Below, piece by piece: positions 1 through 8,153 of a DNA stretch of 32,000 bases. This DNA comes from Thermofilum pendens Hrk 5. Lineage in GTDB: Archaea; Thermoproteota; Thermoprotei; Thermofilales; Thermofilaceae. Below the pieces are notes generated by a model. It saw only the letters and a program-made list of their open reading frames with translations. It was not told the DNA's origin and did no database searches. Numbering within the stretch: the stretch's first letter is position 1; every line of letters begins with the position of its first letter. The translations under genes and the position numbers were made by a program. The stretch spans positions 480,001 through 512,000 of the forward strand of contig NC_008698.1 in NCBI RefSeq assembly GCF_000015225.1, written 5' to 3'.

Positions 1-619
1 TATTCAGGTTCTCCTCCGAGAAACCCGCTGAGCGTAGAAAGTCGACATCCCCTTTGAGGCTTCTCATTTCGTCGAGGATAGGTTTCGCGGTTATGGCTCG
101 TGCGAGCTTCTCAACGGCGTCTATGCCGAGCAACCTGTCTAAAACCCTGCTTCTAACGCTTTGACTCCCGTGCGCGAGTAAAAACAGCGTTACGTAGTTT
201 ATCGAAACACTGCGGGAAAACTCGAAGAAGTCCATCCCCAGAAGCTCCTCTACTTTCTCCAGTACCTTTGAAGACTCTCTCAGAATACCCCCGTCCGGGA
301 GCAGAACCTCCACTCTCTCCCTGCCCTCCTTCGAAAGTCTCCTCTCGATCCTGTAAACTCCTTCACCCTCCACTTCTAATTCGAGTAGAACCCTGAGAGA
401 CGCTGACGCCGAGTTAACTAGGTCCTTCTTCGTGTAGACCCTTCTCTCGATGTAGGAGTCGGTCCCGTACAGGGCATACTCTACTGCCGATAAAAGGCTA
501 CTCTTACCCGAGCCAACAGGCCCGGCAATGACTGTTACTCCGTCTCCAAACTCGACGCGAAAAGGATCTTTAAAGAACCTGTAACCCTCAACCTCCACCC
601 TCCGCAGGAGTACAACCAC
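1..619 (-). CDS. SMC/Rad50-like P-loop ATPase, N-terminal part; the gene runs off the window start. Its position matches arcadin-4 of the crenactin cluster.
   Basis: The minus-strand frame is open from 619 to position 1. Translation: VVVLLRRVEVEGYRFFKDPFRVEFGDGVTVIAGPVGSGKSSLLSAVEYALYGTDSY, an SMC/Rad50-type N-terminus with a Walker A motif. Start is GTG 619 (alternative GTG 598), overlapping the stop of the upstream 73-aa ORF. Confidence 0.7.
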   Translation of the reverse strand, partial: MVVLLRRVEVEGYRFFKDPFRVEFGDGVTVIAGPVGSGKSSLLSAVEYALYGTDSYIERRVYTKKDLVNSASASLRVLLELEVEGEGVYRIERRLSKEGRERVEVLLPDGGILRESSKVLEKVEELLGMDFFEFSRSVSINYVTLFLLAHGSQSVRSRVLDRLLGIDAVEKLARAITAKPILDEMRSLKGDVDFLRSAGFSEENLN

Positions 620-809
620 ACTCCCTCACCTTCTCCTCGATGACAGCCCTAACCCCCCTAGCACCACCCGTAGCAAAAGCCTCCAGCAACTCGTACGCGA
701 GCTTGAGCGCCTCAGGATCCTCTGACAGCCTACGCGCCAGCTGCTCTCTCAGGTAAGCCTCCACGCTCTTCCCAATGTACCTGCGCTCCGGACCCTCACG
801 CTCCTCCAC
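588..809 (-). CDS. Small hypothetical helical protein (73 aa) lying between the arcadin-2-like and SMC-like genes, i.e. in the arcadin-3 position
   Basis: ORF track. It is same-strand and tightly packed with its neighbours (25-nt gap upstream, overlap downstream). I recognise no family signature. Confidence 0.4.
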   Translation of the reverse strand: MEEREGPERRYIGKSVEAYLREQLARRLSEDPEALKLAYELLEAFATGGARGVRAVIEEKVRECGCTPAEGGG

Positions 810-833
810 TACTTCACCCCGGCGACCAGCCTC

Positions 834-1583
834 CTACCCGGATCCTCCCCGCCTCCTGGAGAGGAAGTCGAGCCAGGGATTATCGCGGGCAAAGGACGGA
901 AGCTCGGACTCATCGCCTCTCTCTGGGACCTTTTCCTCCGCGCGCCCCGCCCCTCCAGACGAGAGAATGCGCAACCAGGGGTTATCACGCGCGAAGGACG
1001 GTAGGTCGCCTGTCGATACCCCAGTAGCCTCGCCGCCCGGCACGGACACCGCTCGAGTCTCTCTTGCCTGCTCCGCACCTACAGAAAGGTCGCGTGTCGG
1101 AGAGTAGCCCAGGGGCGGGGGTAGCTGCTGAGCCCTGCTCTCTGAGGAGTAGCCTCCTAGAGCTGCGGGGTGCTTGTAGCTGGGCGTCCTGAGGGGGGCT
1201 GGAATTATCTCCACGACTCCCCCCTCCTCGGTAACGAGCAGTAAACCAGCTTTGTATTCGTCTTCAAACTCTCTCCTCAGAGAGTATCCCGTAAGCTTCA
1301 CCCAACCCTCCTCGTCCACCACTATGTACACTTTCCCATAGGAGGCATCGGCGCAAGTAGCGCCGGCACTCTTAACTCTTTGAAACATACTTCCCGTAGC
1401 CCCTGACCCTTCCGCGCCGGGCGCACCGCTCACGATCTTGAAGGCCACCCTAACCCCCGACCCATCAACCGCGGAGGCGTCGAAAGGTGGCTCCGCCTTC
1501 TCGAAGGCGCTCATACCAGCTTCCTTGGCGAAACGCTCGAGAGAGCGTATGATTCTCCGGCGCTTAACCTCCCCGCTATACAT
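834..1583 (-). CDS. Arcadin-2-like protein: globular N-domain, low-complexity linker and two C-terminal LPSFARDNPWL motifs
   Basis: 249-aa ORF immediately downstream of crenactin. An AT-rich TATA-like CTTTTTATATTCG lies in the 45-nt gap. The architecture (folded N-domain plus disordered tail ending in a short amphipathic motif) fits what is known for arcadin-2. The assignment rests on synteny and architecture only. Confidence 0.5.
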   Translation of the reverse strand: MYSGEVKRRRIIRSLERFAKEAGMSAFEKAEPPFDASAVDGSGVRVAFKIVSGAPGAEGSGATGSMFQRVKSAGATCADASYGKVYIVVDEEGWVKLTGYSLRREFEDEYKAGLLLVTEEGGVVEIIPAPLRTPSYKHPAALGGYSSESRAQQLPPPLGYSPTRDLSVGAEQARETRAVSVPGGEATGVSTGDLPSFARDNPWLRILSSGGAGRAEEKVPERGDESELPSFARDNPWLDFLSRRRGGSG

Positions 1584-1628
1584 CCCCTCCCATTTTCAGA
1601 ATATCCCGCGAATATAAAAAGAGCGCGA

Positions 1629-2921
1629 CTAGTAGTGGACCCCTCTCTTGTACCAGCCTTCACGCCTCTTCCAGTCCCACTCTACGTCCTCGGGTACCGC
1701 TATGCTGTAAACGATCGTACCCTTCCAGACGGAGTATAAGGGGTCTGAGACCAACCTCACGTTGCTTTCAATGCCGAGCCTCTTAAGCTCCAAAGCGACC
1801 TTCGTAGCACTATCGACCGCGACGTCCTCAAGTCCCTGGGGGACCTTCCAGGCGAAGTTCCCTCCGCTCAGAATTATGTCCTTGTAGAGTGCCGGCTGTA
1901 GCTCAGTGCTAGTCCTTGAAACCGAGTGGGTAATTGCCTGTACCAGCGGCATGGTGCCCCTCACTCTCTCGCCGCCCACCACCGTGTCCTTGGGCCTGGG
2001 CATGCCTCTCTTGTAGTAGCTCTCGAAGATTTCATGTTCAGGGTTGAAGATTATCTCTCCTATTAGGAACCTCGCCCACCCCATGTTACCCATATCCACT
2101 TGGATGACCGTTCCAGGAATGCTGAAAACAGTCCTGAACCTCTCCGGCTCCCTCCTAGCCTTCTCTATAGCCTGGTTTAGGTCCCGCGGAATTAGCCCCA
2201 CGGCTTCCTTAAATTGCCGCACAAACTTCTCTTCCCTGGCTCTATCCTCGTACCCAAGGTCCCTCAGAATCTCAGCCGCTATAGCGTCCGCCTCCGCTCC
2301 TCCCCTATTAAGCGCCACTATCGCGTTGCGTATAGGGTACATCGAGATGGGAGTTATCTGGGTGTTCCCGTGCCCCGACTCCACGACGACACAGGTAACC
2401 GTTTTCTCTGCGATAGCCACTGCTAGGGGTTGCGGTATAATCGTAACTGCCTTTACGACCTTCTCCTCTGCGTCAAGCCTCGCGTGAATTTCGAAGATAC
2501 GCTGATACATGTAGTCCGGGGCTATGGCGGAAAGCGCCGCCGTTACGAAGAAGCCGTCGAAATCCTTAGCCTTAGGCTTCGTAGTCTCGAAGCCATACCG
2601 CGTGATCTCGTAGAGAACTCTCCACGCGCGCTCGTCGTCCTTTTCGACAAGGCCGTCGCGCATAGGGTAGACCAGGTACCTACCCACGTCGTCTATACTT
2701 CCAAGGTACTTCGGAAGCTCCGGGCCCACGACGACCTCCTTCCTTACTCCAAATATGTCGAGCAAAAGCCTCGATTCTCCGGCGAGAAGCAGGCCCCTGT
2801 TATCTATGACTAGAGGCTTCTCGGCTACGGGACCGAACTTAAACTGGCTAGTACCGTAGTCCTCGCCGTAAGCGTACTTCCTCTTATACTCACTTATAGC
2901 CAAACCCGCCACCATGCACAA
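1629..2921 (-). CDS. cren-1: Crenactin (archaeal actin homologue)
   Basis: 430 aa. There is collinear similarity to Pyrobaculum crenactin as I remember it (YGxDxGTS...FGP, DDExAWRVL, ALSAxAPDYMY, IxPQPLAVAIAE, ESGHGNxQ, ALNRGGAEA, RFLIGEIxFxPxHE, ILSGGxFxW, RLVSxPxYSVWxG). The start could be M1 (2921) or M3 (2915). Confidence 0.9.
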   Translation of the reverse strand: MCMVAGLAISEYKRKYAYGEDYGTSQFKFGPVAEKPLVIDNRGLLLAGESRLLLDIFGVRKEVVVGPELPKYLGSIDDVGRYLVYPMRDGLVEKDDERAWRVLYEITRYGFETTKPKAKDFDGFFVTAALSAIAPDYMYQRIFEIHARLDAEEKVVKAVTIIPQPLAVAIAEKTVTCVVVESGHGNTQITPISMYPIRNAIVALNRGGAEADAIAAEILRDLGYEDRAREEKFVRQFKEAVGLIPRDLNQAIEKARREPERFRTVFSIPGTVIQVDMGNMGWARFLIGEIIFNPEHEIFESYYKRGMPRPKDTVVGGERVRGTMPLVQAITHSVSRTSTELQPALYKDIILSGGNFAWKVPQGLEDVAVDSATKVALELKRLGIESNVRLVSDPLYSVWKGTIVYSIAVPEDVEWDWKRREGWYKRGVHY

Positions 2922-3016
2922 GAGACCTAAAAGACTAAAAAACCCAGCGATCGCGCGCGATGCTCGTAACCGTCCGCGTCCACCTCACATGTGTAAAAGC
3001 TACTCCCCTAATACGC

Positions 3017-3046
3017 GGAGGGGGCCGGGCGCCTTTTCCTGCTGGT
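3017..3046 (-). repeat. Cassette 3' trailer element, copy A (ACCAGCAGGAAAAGGCGCCCGGCCCCCTCC on the minus strand)
   Basis: Lies 10 nt after the stop of the 3057-4565 ORF. It matches 20757-20787, 28060-28089 and the first 20 nt of 16397-16416. Confidence 0.8.
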
Positions 3047-3056
3047 CTTACCTCTT

Positions 3057-4565
3057 TTATTCTTGTGCCCCAGCTGGTTTAATTCTTAGCAGTTCTTCAA
3101 CCAGTTTGCGCGCAACGGGCTTAGCCTGCGCCTTTGCAACTGCGAAGCGGTAGAGTGCCTCCCAGAGTGTTGCATCCTCCGCCGCGTGCTCAAACAGAGA
3201 ACTTTGAGGAATTTCGTAGTAGAGCATCTCGCGCGTCGTGTGCGCGCGTGACTTGACGCGTGACCTGACAACCTTCACAGTCCACCCCTCCTCTACTGCG
3301 CGCTGGTACCAGCCTTGAGGCGCACTGTCAACGGGTATACGGGCGTATATGTAGGCGTACTTGCCGCCAACGGCAACCATAACGAGGTTAAGCAACGCTC
3401 CTGCCACCGGCGCGTAGAGGCCGAGCTCCTGGTAAGACCCCACTTTCTGTCCGGGTTTCCTACCCCTCTTACCCGGCGCTCCGTAGGCCACGAACAAGAT
3501 ATGCCTAACCTTCGCGCAACGCGTAACCTTGCCCACAAATGCTACGTATTCGCTGGCCCGTTCGACAGCAACGCGCGCGTTAAAGACAGCGCTCTCCGTC
3601 GGCAAGTAGACGTGCTCATGTCCAACCCTGAAGTAGAGCCATCGAAGCCTTAGAAAGTATTCGAGCTCGCCGTCCCCCAGGAAAGCGGTCGCCAGCGCCA
3701 CCGAGTCGCCGTTGAGCTCCTTGCACTCCTCTACGAGCCGGCGGAACTCTGCACGTTTAACCTCGCCGATAAGCCCTGAAGCCCAGCCTAGCTCCTCCTC
3801 GTAGCCGTAGATACTCACTCCCCACTGAAGGCTCAGCCTGGTGCTACCGAGAATACCCGCCGTGACACCGAGCCTGACATCGTCGCTTGGAAAGGCCGCG
3901 AGCGTCGATGGCAACTGCCAAGCCTGGGTAGTGCCGAAGGAGACGTAAGGATATCCTTCATGCGGCGGAGTGACGTCTGTGAGTAGCCACCCTCGTTGCA
4001 GGCTCCTAAGAACATCACTCGGAGTATTCACGAGAACCCTGGGAAACTCTGACTCGGTCCAGAAGCCTTTCAACGGGATGCGCACGACCCAGCGCGCAGG
4101 CTTGCTCACGACGACGTACCAGTTCTCGCGCGGCACGTACACGCGCCAGTGCCTTCCGTGCCTCTCAGCTCTAAGACCGTCCTCGGTAGCGTCGACGATT
4201 GCTTGTAGCCTTCCTCTGAGCTCCGTCACCGCGCTTCCCTCTCTCGGCCTGTTGTCATCGCTTAGCAAGAGGTACTTCCTCGCGTCGCTGTCGATGAAGC
4301 GGTAAAACCTCGGGTAGACTTCGTCCGGCACTACGCTCAGCGCGTGCGCCGCAAACCTGGTAAAGTCCCAGTTAATTTCGGTCACAGCATCATGCAGGCC
4401 GCGGTAGTGTATCTCGCCCCTCTTCTTCTTACCCCTGGACCTCCTCTTATCCTCCGTCCTGGTGGTGTAGAGGCTTAAAGCCGCACGCCTCCAAACCTCC
4501 TCCCTAACAACCTTCTCGACCTCCTCCCCCGCCGCTCCATTTCCCCTCATGTACTCTTCACCCAT
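3057..4565 (-). CDS. Large cassette protein, copy A (502 aa), a divergent paralogue of 19337-20755 and 26636-28054; function unknown
   Basis: Long ORF with motifs collinear to copies B/C: MRGNGAAGE vs MRGDGAGEG, RHWRVYV vs RRWRLYV, LQRGWLLTDVT vs AQDGWILGDAS, GTTQAWQL vs GTAQTWQV, LSLQWGVSIYG vs VSIMWQVRVHG, ATAFLGDGE vs ATYYAADGK. It has the same leader and trailer DNA. Confidence 0.8.
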   Translation of the reverse strand: MGEEYMRGNGAAGEEVEKVVREEVWRRAALSLYTTRTEDKRRSRGKKKRGEIHYRGLHDAVTEINWDFTRFAAHALSVVPDEVYPRFYRFIDSDARKYLLLSDDNRPREGSAVTELRGRLQAIVDATEDGLRAERHGRHWRVYVPRENWYVVVSKPARWVVRIPLKGFWTESEFPRVLVNTPSDVLRSLQRGWLLTDVTPPHEGYPYVSFGTTQAWQLPSTLAAFPSDDVRLGVTAGILGSTRLSLQWGVSIYGYEEELGWASGLIGEVKRAEFRRLVEECKELNGDSVALATAFLGDGELEYFLRLRWLYFRVGHEHVYLPTESAVFNARVAVERASEYVAFVGKVTRCAKVRHILFVAYGAPGKRGRKPGQKVGSYQELGLYAPVAGALLNLVMVAVGGKYAYIYARIPVDSAPQGWYQRAVEEGWTVKVVRSRVKSRAHTTREMLYYEIPQSSLFEHAAEDATLWEALYRFAVAKAQAKPVARKLVEELLRIKPAGAQE

Positions 4566-4652
4566 ACTACCACCCCTCCTTAAATGGTGGAGGGGGCGCC
4601 CTGCGAGGGCGCGGCATCAGGGGTCAGCGTGGAGGGAGAGGCCGGGAAAGAG
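4566..4652 (-). promoter_or_regulatory. Conserved cassette leader, copy A (palindrome GCGCCC-TCGCA-GGGCGC, then CCACCATTTAAGGAGGGGTGGTAG directly before the ATG)
   Basis: About 84% identical by eye over about 88 nt to 19248-19336. The proximal about 50 nt is also shared with 26585-26635. Confidence 0.75.
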
Positions 4653-4664
4653 TGTTGACCGAGC

Positions 4665-4895
4665 ATGAGTGACCCGAGGGTTACCGTGCGAACGATAGGC
4701 ACGTTGTCGAGGCTACTGGCGAGCACTCTTAGGCGTGACGGGCTGTACGAGGCTAGGCTCGTCGAAGCATTAGACGCAGTAGAGGAGTTCCTAGCCTCCG
4801 TGAGAGGCGCGACCCCGCGCATCGAGGAGGACGAAAAGCTGGCAAGAGAGCTGGAGGAGGACATCGAGGGGCTGAGAGGGCTAGGGCTAGTATAA
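4665..4895 (+). CDS. Small cassette protein, copy A (76 aa, helical, acidic C-terminal half), divergent from the large ORF
   Basis: ORF track. It has a close homologue without a start codon at 18824-19040 (minus strand) and a distant one at 26394-26618. A T-rich tract follows the stop. Confidence 0.6.
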   Translation: MSDPRVTVRTIGTLSRLLASTLRRDGLYEARLVEALDAVEEFLASVRGATPRIEEDEKLARELEEDIEGLRGLGLV

Positions 4896-4970
4896 AAATC
4901 CTTCTTCTTTTTCCTCTTCTCGCGAGCGCAAGGTTTTTACGGAGAGCCATAGCTATTCGCGCGGACATGT

Positions 4971-5378
4971 ATGAGCGAGACAATAGAAGTAGTCCTCGAA
5001 AGGTTTGGTTCAAAAGTGGCGCTCCTAGAGCTGTACGAGAGCCAGATACCACTCAACTTTGCCAACATCTCAAAGCTAAGCCAGGTAATCACGACAGCTA
5101 AGAGGCTCGGATCCCTAGTACTGCTGAGCATACCGGCTCAGCTTAGACCGGAGGGGACGATTATGACCTCCTTGAAGGCTGGAGAAGTGGTCGTAGTCCC
5201 AGTTGCCCGCTCGCTCGGCGTAGTGATAACCGATGTAGAAGCATTACCCCTAGAATCCTACAAGGCAGGAATCGTAAAAACGGGGTTAGAGAACCTCCGA
5301 GGACTGCGCGAAGGAACCATACTCAACGCGAAATTCTCCCTTAAGCAACTCGAGGAACCTCAACGACAACAATCTTAA
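4971..5378 (+). CDS. Hypothetical protein (135 aa)
   Basis: ORF track with coding-like composition. I am confident of no family signature; a cyclophilin-like small archaeal fold is only a guess. Confidence 0.55.
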   Translation: MSETIEVVLERFGSKVALLELYESQIPLNFANISKLSQVITTAKRLGSLVLLSIPAQLRPEGTIMTSLKAGEVVVVPVARSLGVVITDVEALPLESYKAGIVKTGLENLRGLREGTILNAKFSLKQLEEPQRQQS

Positions 5379-5402
5379 AAGTGCGCGAGCACTTCCTGCC
5401 AC

Positions 5403-5789
5403 GTGGCAAGCGAAGAAGTCAGGGTTGAGCCAATTCTAGCCGTGAAGCTTGCCTCGATCAACGACCTGGCTAGGCTGGCTAGCAGTGCGTCAACCATGGG
5501 ACACGTGACCTACGTGGTGCACTTTGCGGAAACACCTGAAAGGCACATCTACGGTATATTCATCGTCTTCAGGGATTACTACAAGCTCTACGGTCTCCCG
5601 ATGTTCTACTACATAGAGAGTAAAGAGGAGCTCAGGGGGAACTACATCCTCTTTAGGTCGGACGATTCCGGCGAGCAAGTGGAGGTATCTAAAGGCGCCA
5701 AGCCGGGCTACATAGCCATACCTATAGTCAACCTCGCCGGAAGAATCCCGATAGTAGCTTTAGGGGAAGTTAGACAGAAACAAAGCTAG
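5403..5789 (+). CDS. Hypothetical protein (128 aa, GTG start)
   Basis: ORF track. It is same-strand and 24 nt after the previous ORF. No recognised signature. Confidence 0.55.
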   Translation: MASEEVRVEPILAVKLASINDLARLASSASTMGHVTYVVHFAETPERHIYGIFIVFRDYYKLYGLPMFYYIESKEELRGNYILFRSDDSGEQVEVSKGAKPGYIAIPIVNLAGRIPIVALGEVRQKQS

Positions 5790-5804
5790 AGGCTGTAGCT
5801 CGCC

Positions 5805-6086
5805 TTACTTCTTTCTCTCGAGGACTATCTCGATTGTGCTTATGGTCCTCTCCTTGCCGGCTTCGCCTACTTTCTCGCTGCCGATTTTGATGCTGCTGAC
5901 GTCGACTTCGTCCTTCAGGAACCTGCTCCTCACTATCTCGGCTACGTCGACGGCCCTGCTTATGGCCCTTCCGCGAGCCTTTATGGAGACCTTCTTAGCG
6001 CCCTGGTTGAACTGTATCACTGCTGCAAGTACGTAGTTCATTACGCTCTTGTTTCCTACTAGCACGCTTCCTTCTGCTAGCGACAT
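5805..6086 (-). CDS. albA: Alba (Sso10b/Sac10b family) chromatin protein
   Basis: 93 aa: [49 protein letters not shown]...IEIVLERK is a typical Alba sequence. A TATA-like TTATAAA lies about 40 nt upstream on the minus strand. Confidence 0.93.
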   Translation of the reverse strand: MSLAEGSVLVGNKSVMNYVLAAVIQFNQGAKKVSIKARGRAISRAVDVAEIVRSRFLKDEVDVSSIKIGSEKVGEAGKERTISTIEIVLERKK

Positions 6087-6296
6087 GTCGGTTTCACCTT
6101 TGCACCCTTTGTGTGATGCGGGTCGTTTATAAGCTTAACGCGTGCTCGAATGCGTTCTAGTGCAGAGGCGATTGTTCCCACAGCGCGGGTAGAACAAGAA
6201 GCTCTTGCGGTCCCCAGCGGGACCTAAACAAAGGCATGCATAAAGCATTGCTAGTATTCTGGGTGCGCTCGTCGCGTACAAGCTAAGCTTGCGTGC

Positions 6297-7889
6297 CTAG
6301 AAAGAAGGTCTGATCTCCAGTGTGTAACCGTAGCGCCTAGCGATGCGTTCAAGCTTCCTTCGAGGTTTACCCGCAAGGTAGTTAAAACCGTCTACCGGGA
6401 CCTTGATCACAACGAGCGATTCGTTCTCGTCTATCACGAGCTCGTAGCCTCCGTCTCCGAGCATCTTGAAGAGAGCCTTCTCCAACGCGTTCTTCATCTT
6501 GTACCCCTCTATGCTCACCTTGCCTGTACCGCCCCGCTTAACGGGAACCACGAACGTCCTCTCGCCGAACACGTACAGCTCGTACTCAGGCTCTCCGGTC
6601 ATGAAATCCCTGACAACGACAACGGGTCTCGCCAGGTCCTCCTCCTTCAGCCCATGCGGTATCTTGACTGTAGTCTCCAAGGAGTATACCTTCTCAACCC
6701 TCCCGTGCTTCACGTAGATCACGGTGTCAATTATCGAAGGTATCATGCCGAGCTCCACTCTACCGATAAACCTCTGAACGGCGTCTATAGGCGAAGTCGC
6801 GTGGACAACTCCGACCATACCCACGCCGGCGAGGCGGAGGTCAGCGTAGAGCTCGAAGTCCTTCGTATCCCGCATCTCGTCGAAGAATGTGTAGTCAGGC
6901 CTGCTGAGTAGGAGCACGTCGTGTATCTCCTCGGAGGTAGCGTAGTTCCTAGAGTACTGCGTTATATCGGCGGGCAGGTGCATGTCCCTCGGAGACTCTA
7001 TGGTCTTAACGACTTTCCCCTTGCGGTAGTAGTACTCGGCGAGCGCCTGGGCGAACGTGGTCTTACCCATCCCCGGGGCACCCGCGATGAGTATACCCTC
7101 GGCCTGCTTCTCGAGGCGCTCTATGAGCTTCTTGGGCAAGTTGTAGTCCTCCAGGCGTAGCCGCGCAACAGGTCTAGTAGCAGTTATCTCGATGCCGTCC
7201 GAGAAGGGAGGCTTCGTTATGACTATCCTGTATAACCCTAGCTGCACTATGGTAACCCCCGTGCCCTCGTACTCTACGAACGCCGAGCTCCCAGAAGTCT
7301 TGACCATCTCGAATACTTGGCGCACGTAGTCCTCCATCTCCTCGCGCGTCAAAGGCTGGTCCCGTAGGCTAACGAAGGTCCACTGCCCAGGCACGCCCTT
7401 CTTCGCGTACGGCTTAGCTCCCTCCTTCAAGTGCACGCTCATAGTGTCGGGACCGAAAAGCTTGTCCAGGAAGAACTCGGCGCCTCCGCGCGGCGGGAGA
7501 AGCTCCACCTCCACGCCGAGCGCCCTCGCAACCCTAGCCGAAAGCTCGTCGCACGTTACCAGCACGCCGCCGTTCTCCACGGCAGTCAGCCTACAAACCA
7601 GGTCCGGGTTTAGGTCCCGCAAACCCCTCAGAGACACTGGGAGCTCATACACGTATTCAAGCTCCACTACTTCGGGCATCGAGTCCGCAACGTCTCTCAG
7701 CAGGTTAAGCTCCCTAACACCACTTACTCCAGCGCTTATCCCGCGGCGCGCCTGTTCCTCGAAGTAATTGAGCACATAGACAGGAATCAAGATACGCCCA
7801 GCTAACCTACCCTGCGCAACAGCCTCTCTGAGCGCGCCGCTCAGTATAGCAGACGTGTCAGGCACGTATACTTTTTCGTCGTGCTCCAT
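6297..7889 (-). CDS. PIN domain + PilT-like ATPase + C-terminal KH-like domain protein (COG1855-type archaeal ATPase)
   Basis: 530 aa with an N-terminal PIN-like region (VPDTSAIL...), Walker A GAPGMGKTTFAQALAEYY and Walker B-like YTFFDEMRD. Length and domain order fit the conserved archaeal PIN-ATPase-KH family. Confidence 0.85.
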   Translation of the reverse strand: MEHDEKVYVPDTSAILSGALREAVAQGRLAGRILIPVYVLNYFEEQARRGISAGVSGVRELNLLRDVADSMPEVVELEYVYELPVSLRGLRDLNPDLVCRLTAVENGGVLVTCDELSARVARALGVEVELLPPRGGAEFFLDKLFGPDTMSVHLKEGAKPYAKKGVPGQWTFVSLRDQPLTREEMEDYVRQVFEMVKTSGSSAFVEYEGTGVTIVQLGLYRIVITKPPFSDGIEITATRPVARLRLEDYNLPKKLIERLEKQAEGILIAGAPGMGKTTFAQALAEYYYRKGKVVKTIESPRDMHLPADITQYSRNYATSEEIHDVLLLSRPDYTFFDEMRDTKDFELYADLRLAGVGMVGVVHATSPIDAVQRFIGRVELGMIPSIIDTVIYVKHGRVEKVYSLETTVKIPHGLKEEDLARPVVVVRDFMTGEPEYELYVFGERTFVVPVKRGGTGKVSIEGYKMKNALEKALFKMLGDGGYELVIDENESLVVIKVPVDGFNYLAGKPRRKLERIARRYGYTLEIRPSF

Positions 7890-7960
7890 TACTTACTCGC
7901 GTGAAAGCGTCGTGCTAACCTTTTAAGCATTTCGATATAGTAAGAGTATTCTCGGAAACT

Positions 7961-7985
7961 CCAAGACCCCTCAATTTCTACTGCA
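7961..7985 (-). promoter_or_regulatory. ORB-like (origin recognition box) element 1
   Basis: The minus strand reads TGCAGTAGAAATTGAGGGGTCTTGG: a dyad-like TxCA-NN-GAAA followed by the G-string GGGGT. Confidence 0.65.
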
Positions 7986-8055
7986 ACACTTCTTCAAAAC
8001 CTAACTGTTTGATAGAACTCTTACTGTTTACGATCTCAAGTTTTCAATCCACTTC

Positions 8056-8081
8056 TTCCATAGGAAGTCAAGGGGTCTTGG
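8056..8081 (+). promoter_or_regulatory. ORB-like element 2 (inverted relative to element 1)
   Basis: The plus strand reads TTCCATAGGAAGTCAAGGGGTCTTGG. Its outer arm AGGGGTCTTGG is the exact reverse complement of 7961-7971. Confidence 0.65.
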
Positions 8082-8153
8082 AACGTTATACAGGAGCTCC
8101 CCGTTTATTCAGCTGTTTAATCGAATAACACCAGGAGAACCCGGGGTTTAAAT

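Noticed and set aside
2044-2813. Plus-strand ORFs (2044-2487, 2214-2426, 2430-2813) lie inside the crenactin gene.
   Set aside because: They are antisense to a strongly supported conserved gene, and their translations are low-complexity (Ser/Leu/Arg-rich), as is typical of shadow ORFs in GC-rich DNA. The same reasoning applies to 775-1107, 809-1078, 6466-7767, 9680-10995, 14281-14634, 24630-25555 and 27148-27934.
2914-3153. ORFs 2914-3153 (+) and 16176-16418 (-) both translate the trailer repeat as ...GAFSCW..., hinting at a shared peptide.
   Set aside because: The shared peptide is only the 20-30 nt repeat read antisense. The flanking translations are unrelated, and both ORFs overlap better-supported genes or promoters.
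6131-6292. Direct repeat TAAGCTT(A)ACGCGTGC / TAAGCTTGCGTGC about 145 nt apart in the alba/PIN-ATPase spacer, a possible ncRNA or element boundary.
   Set aside because: The repeat is short and imperfect, I could find no convincing secondary structure or box motifs between the copies, and it could be chance plus the alba promoter.
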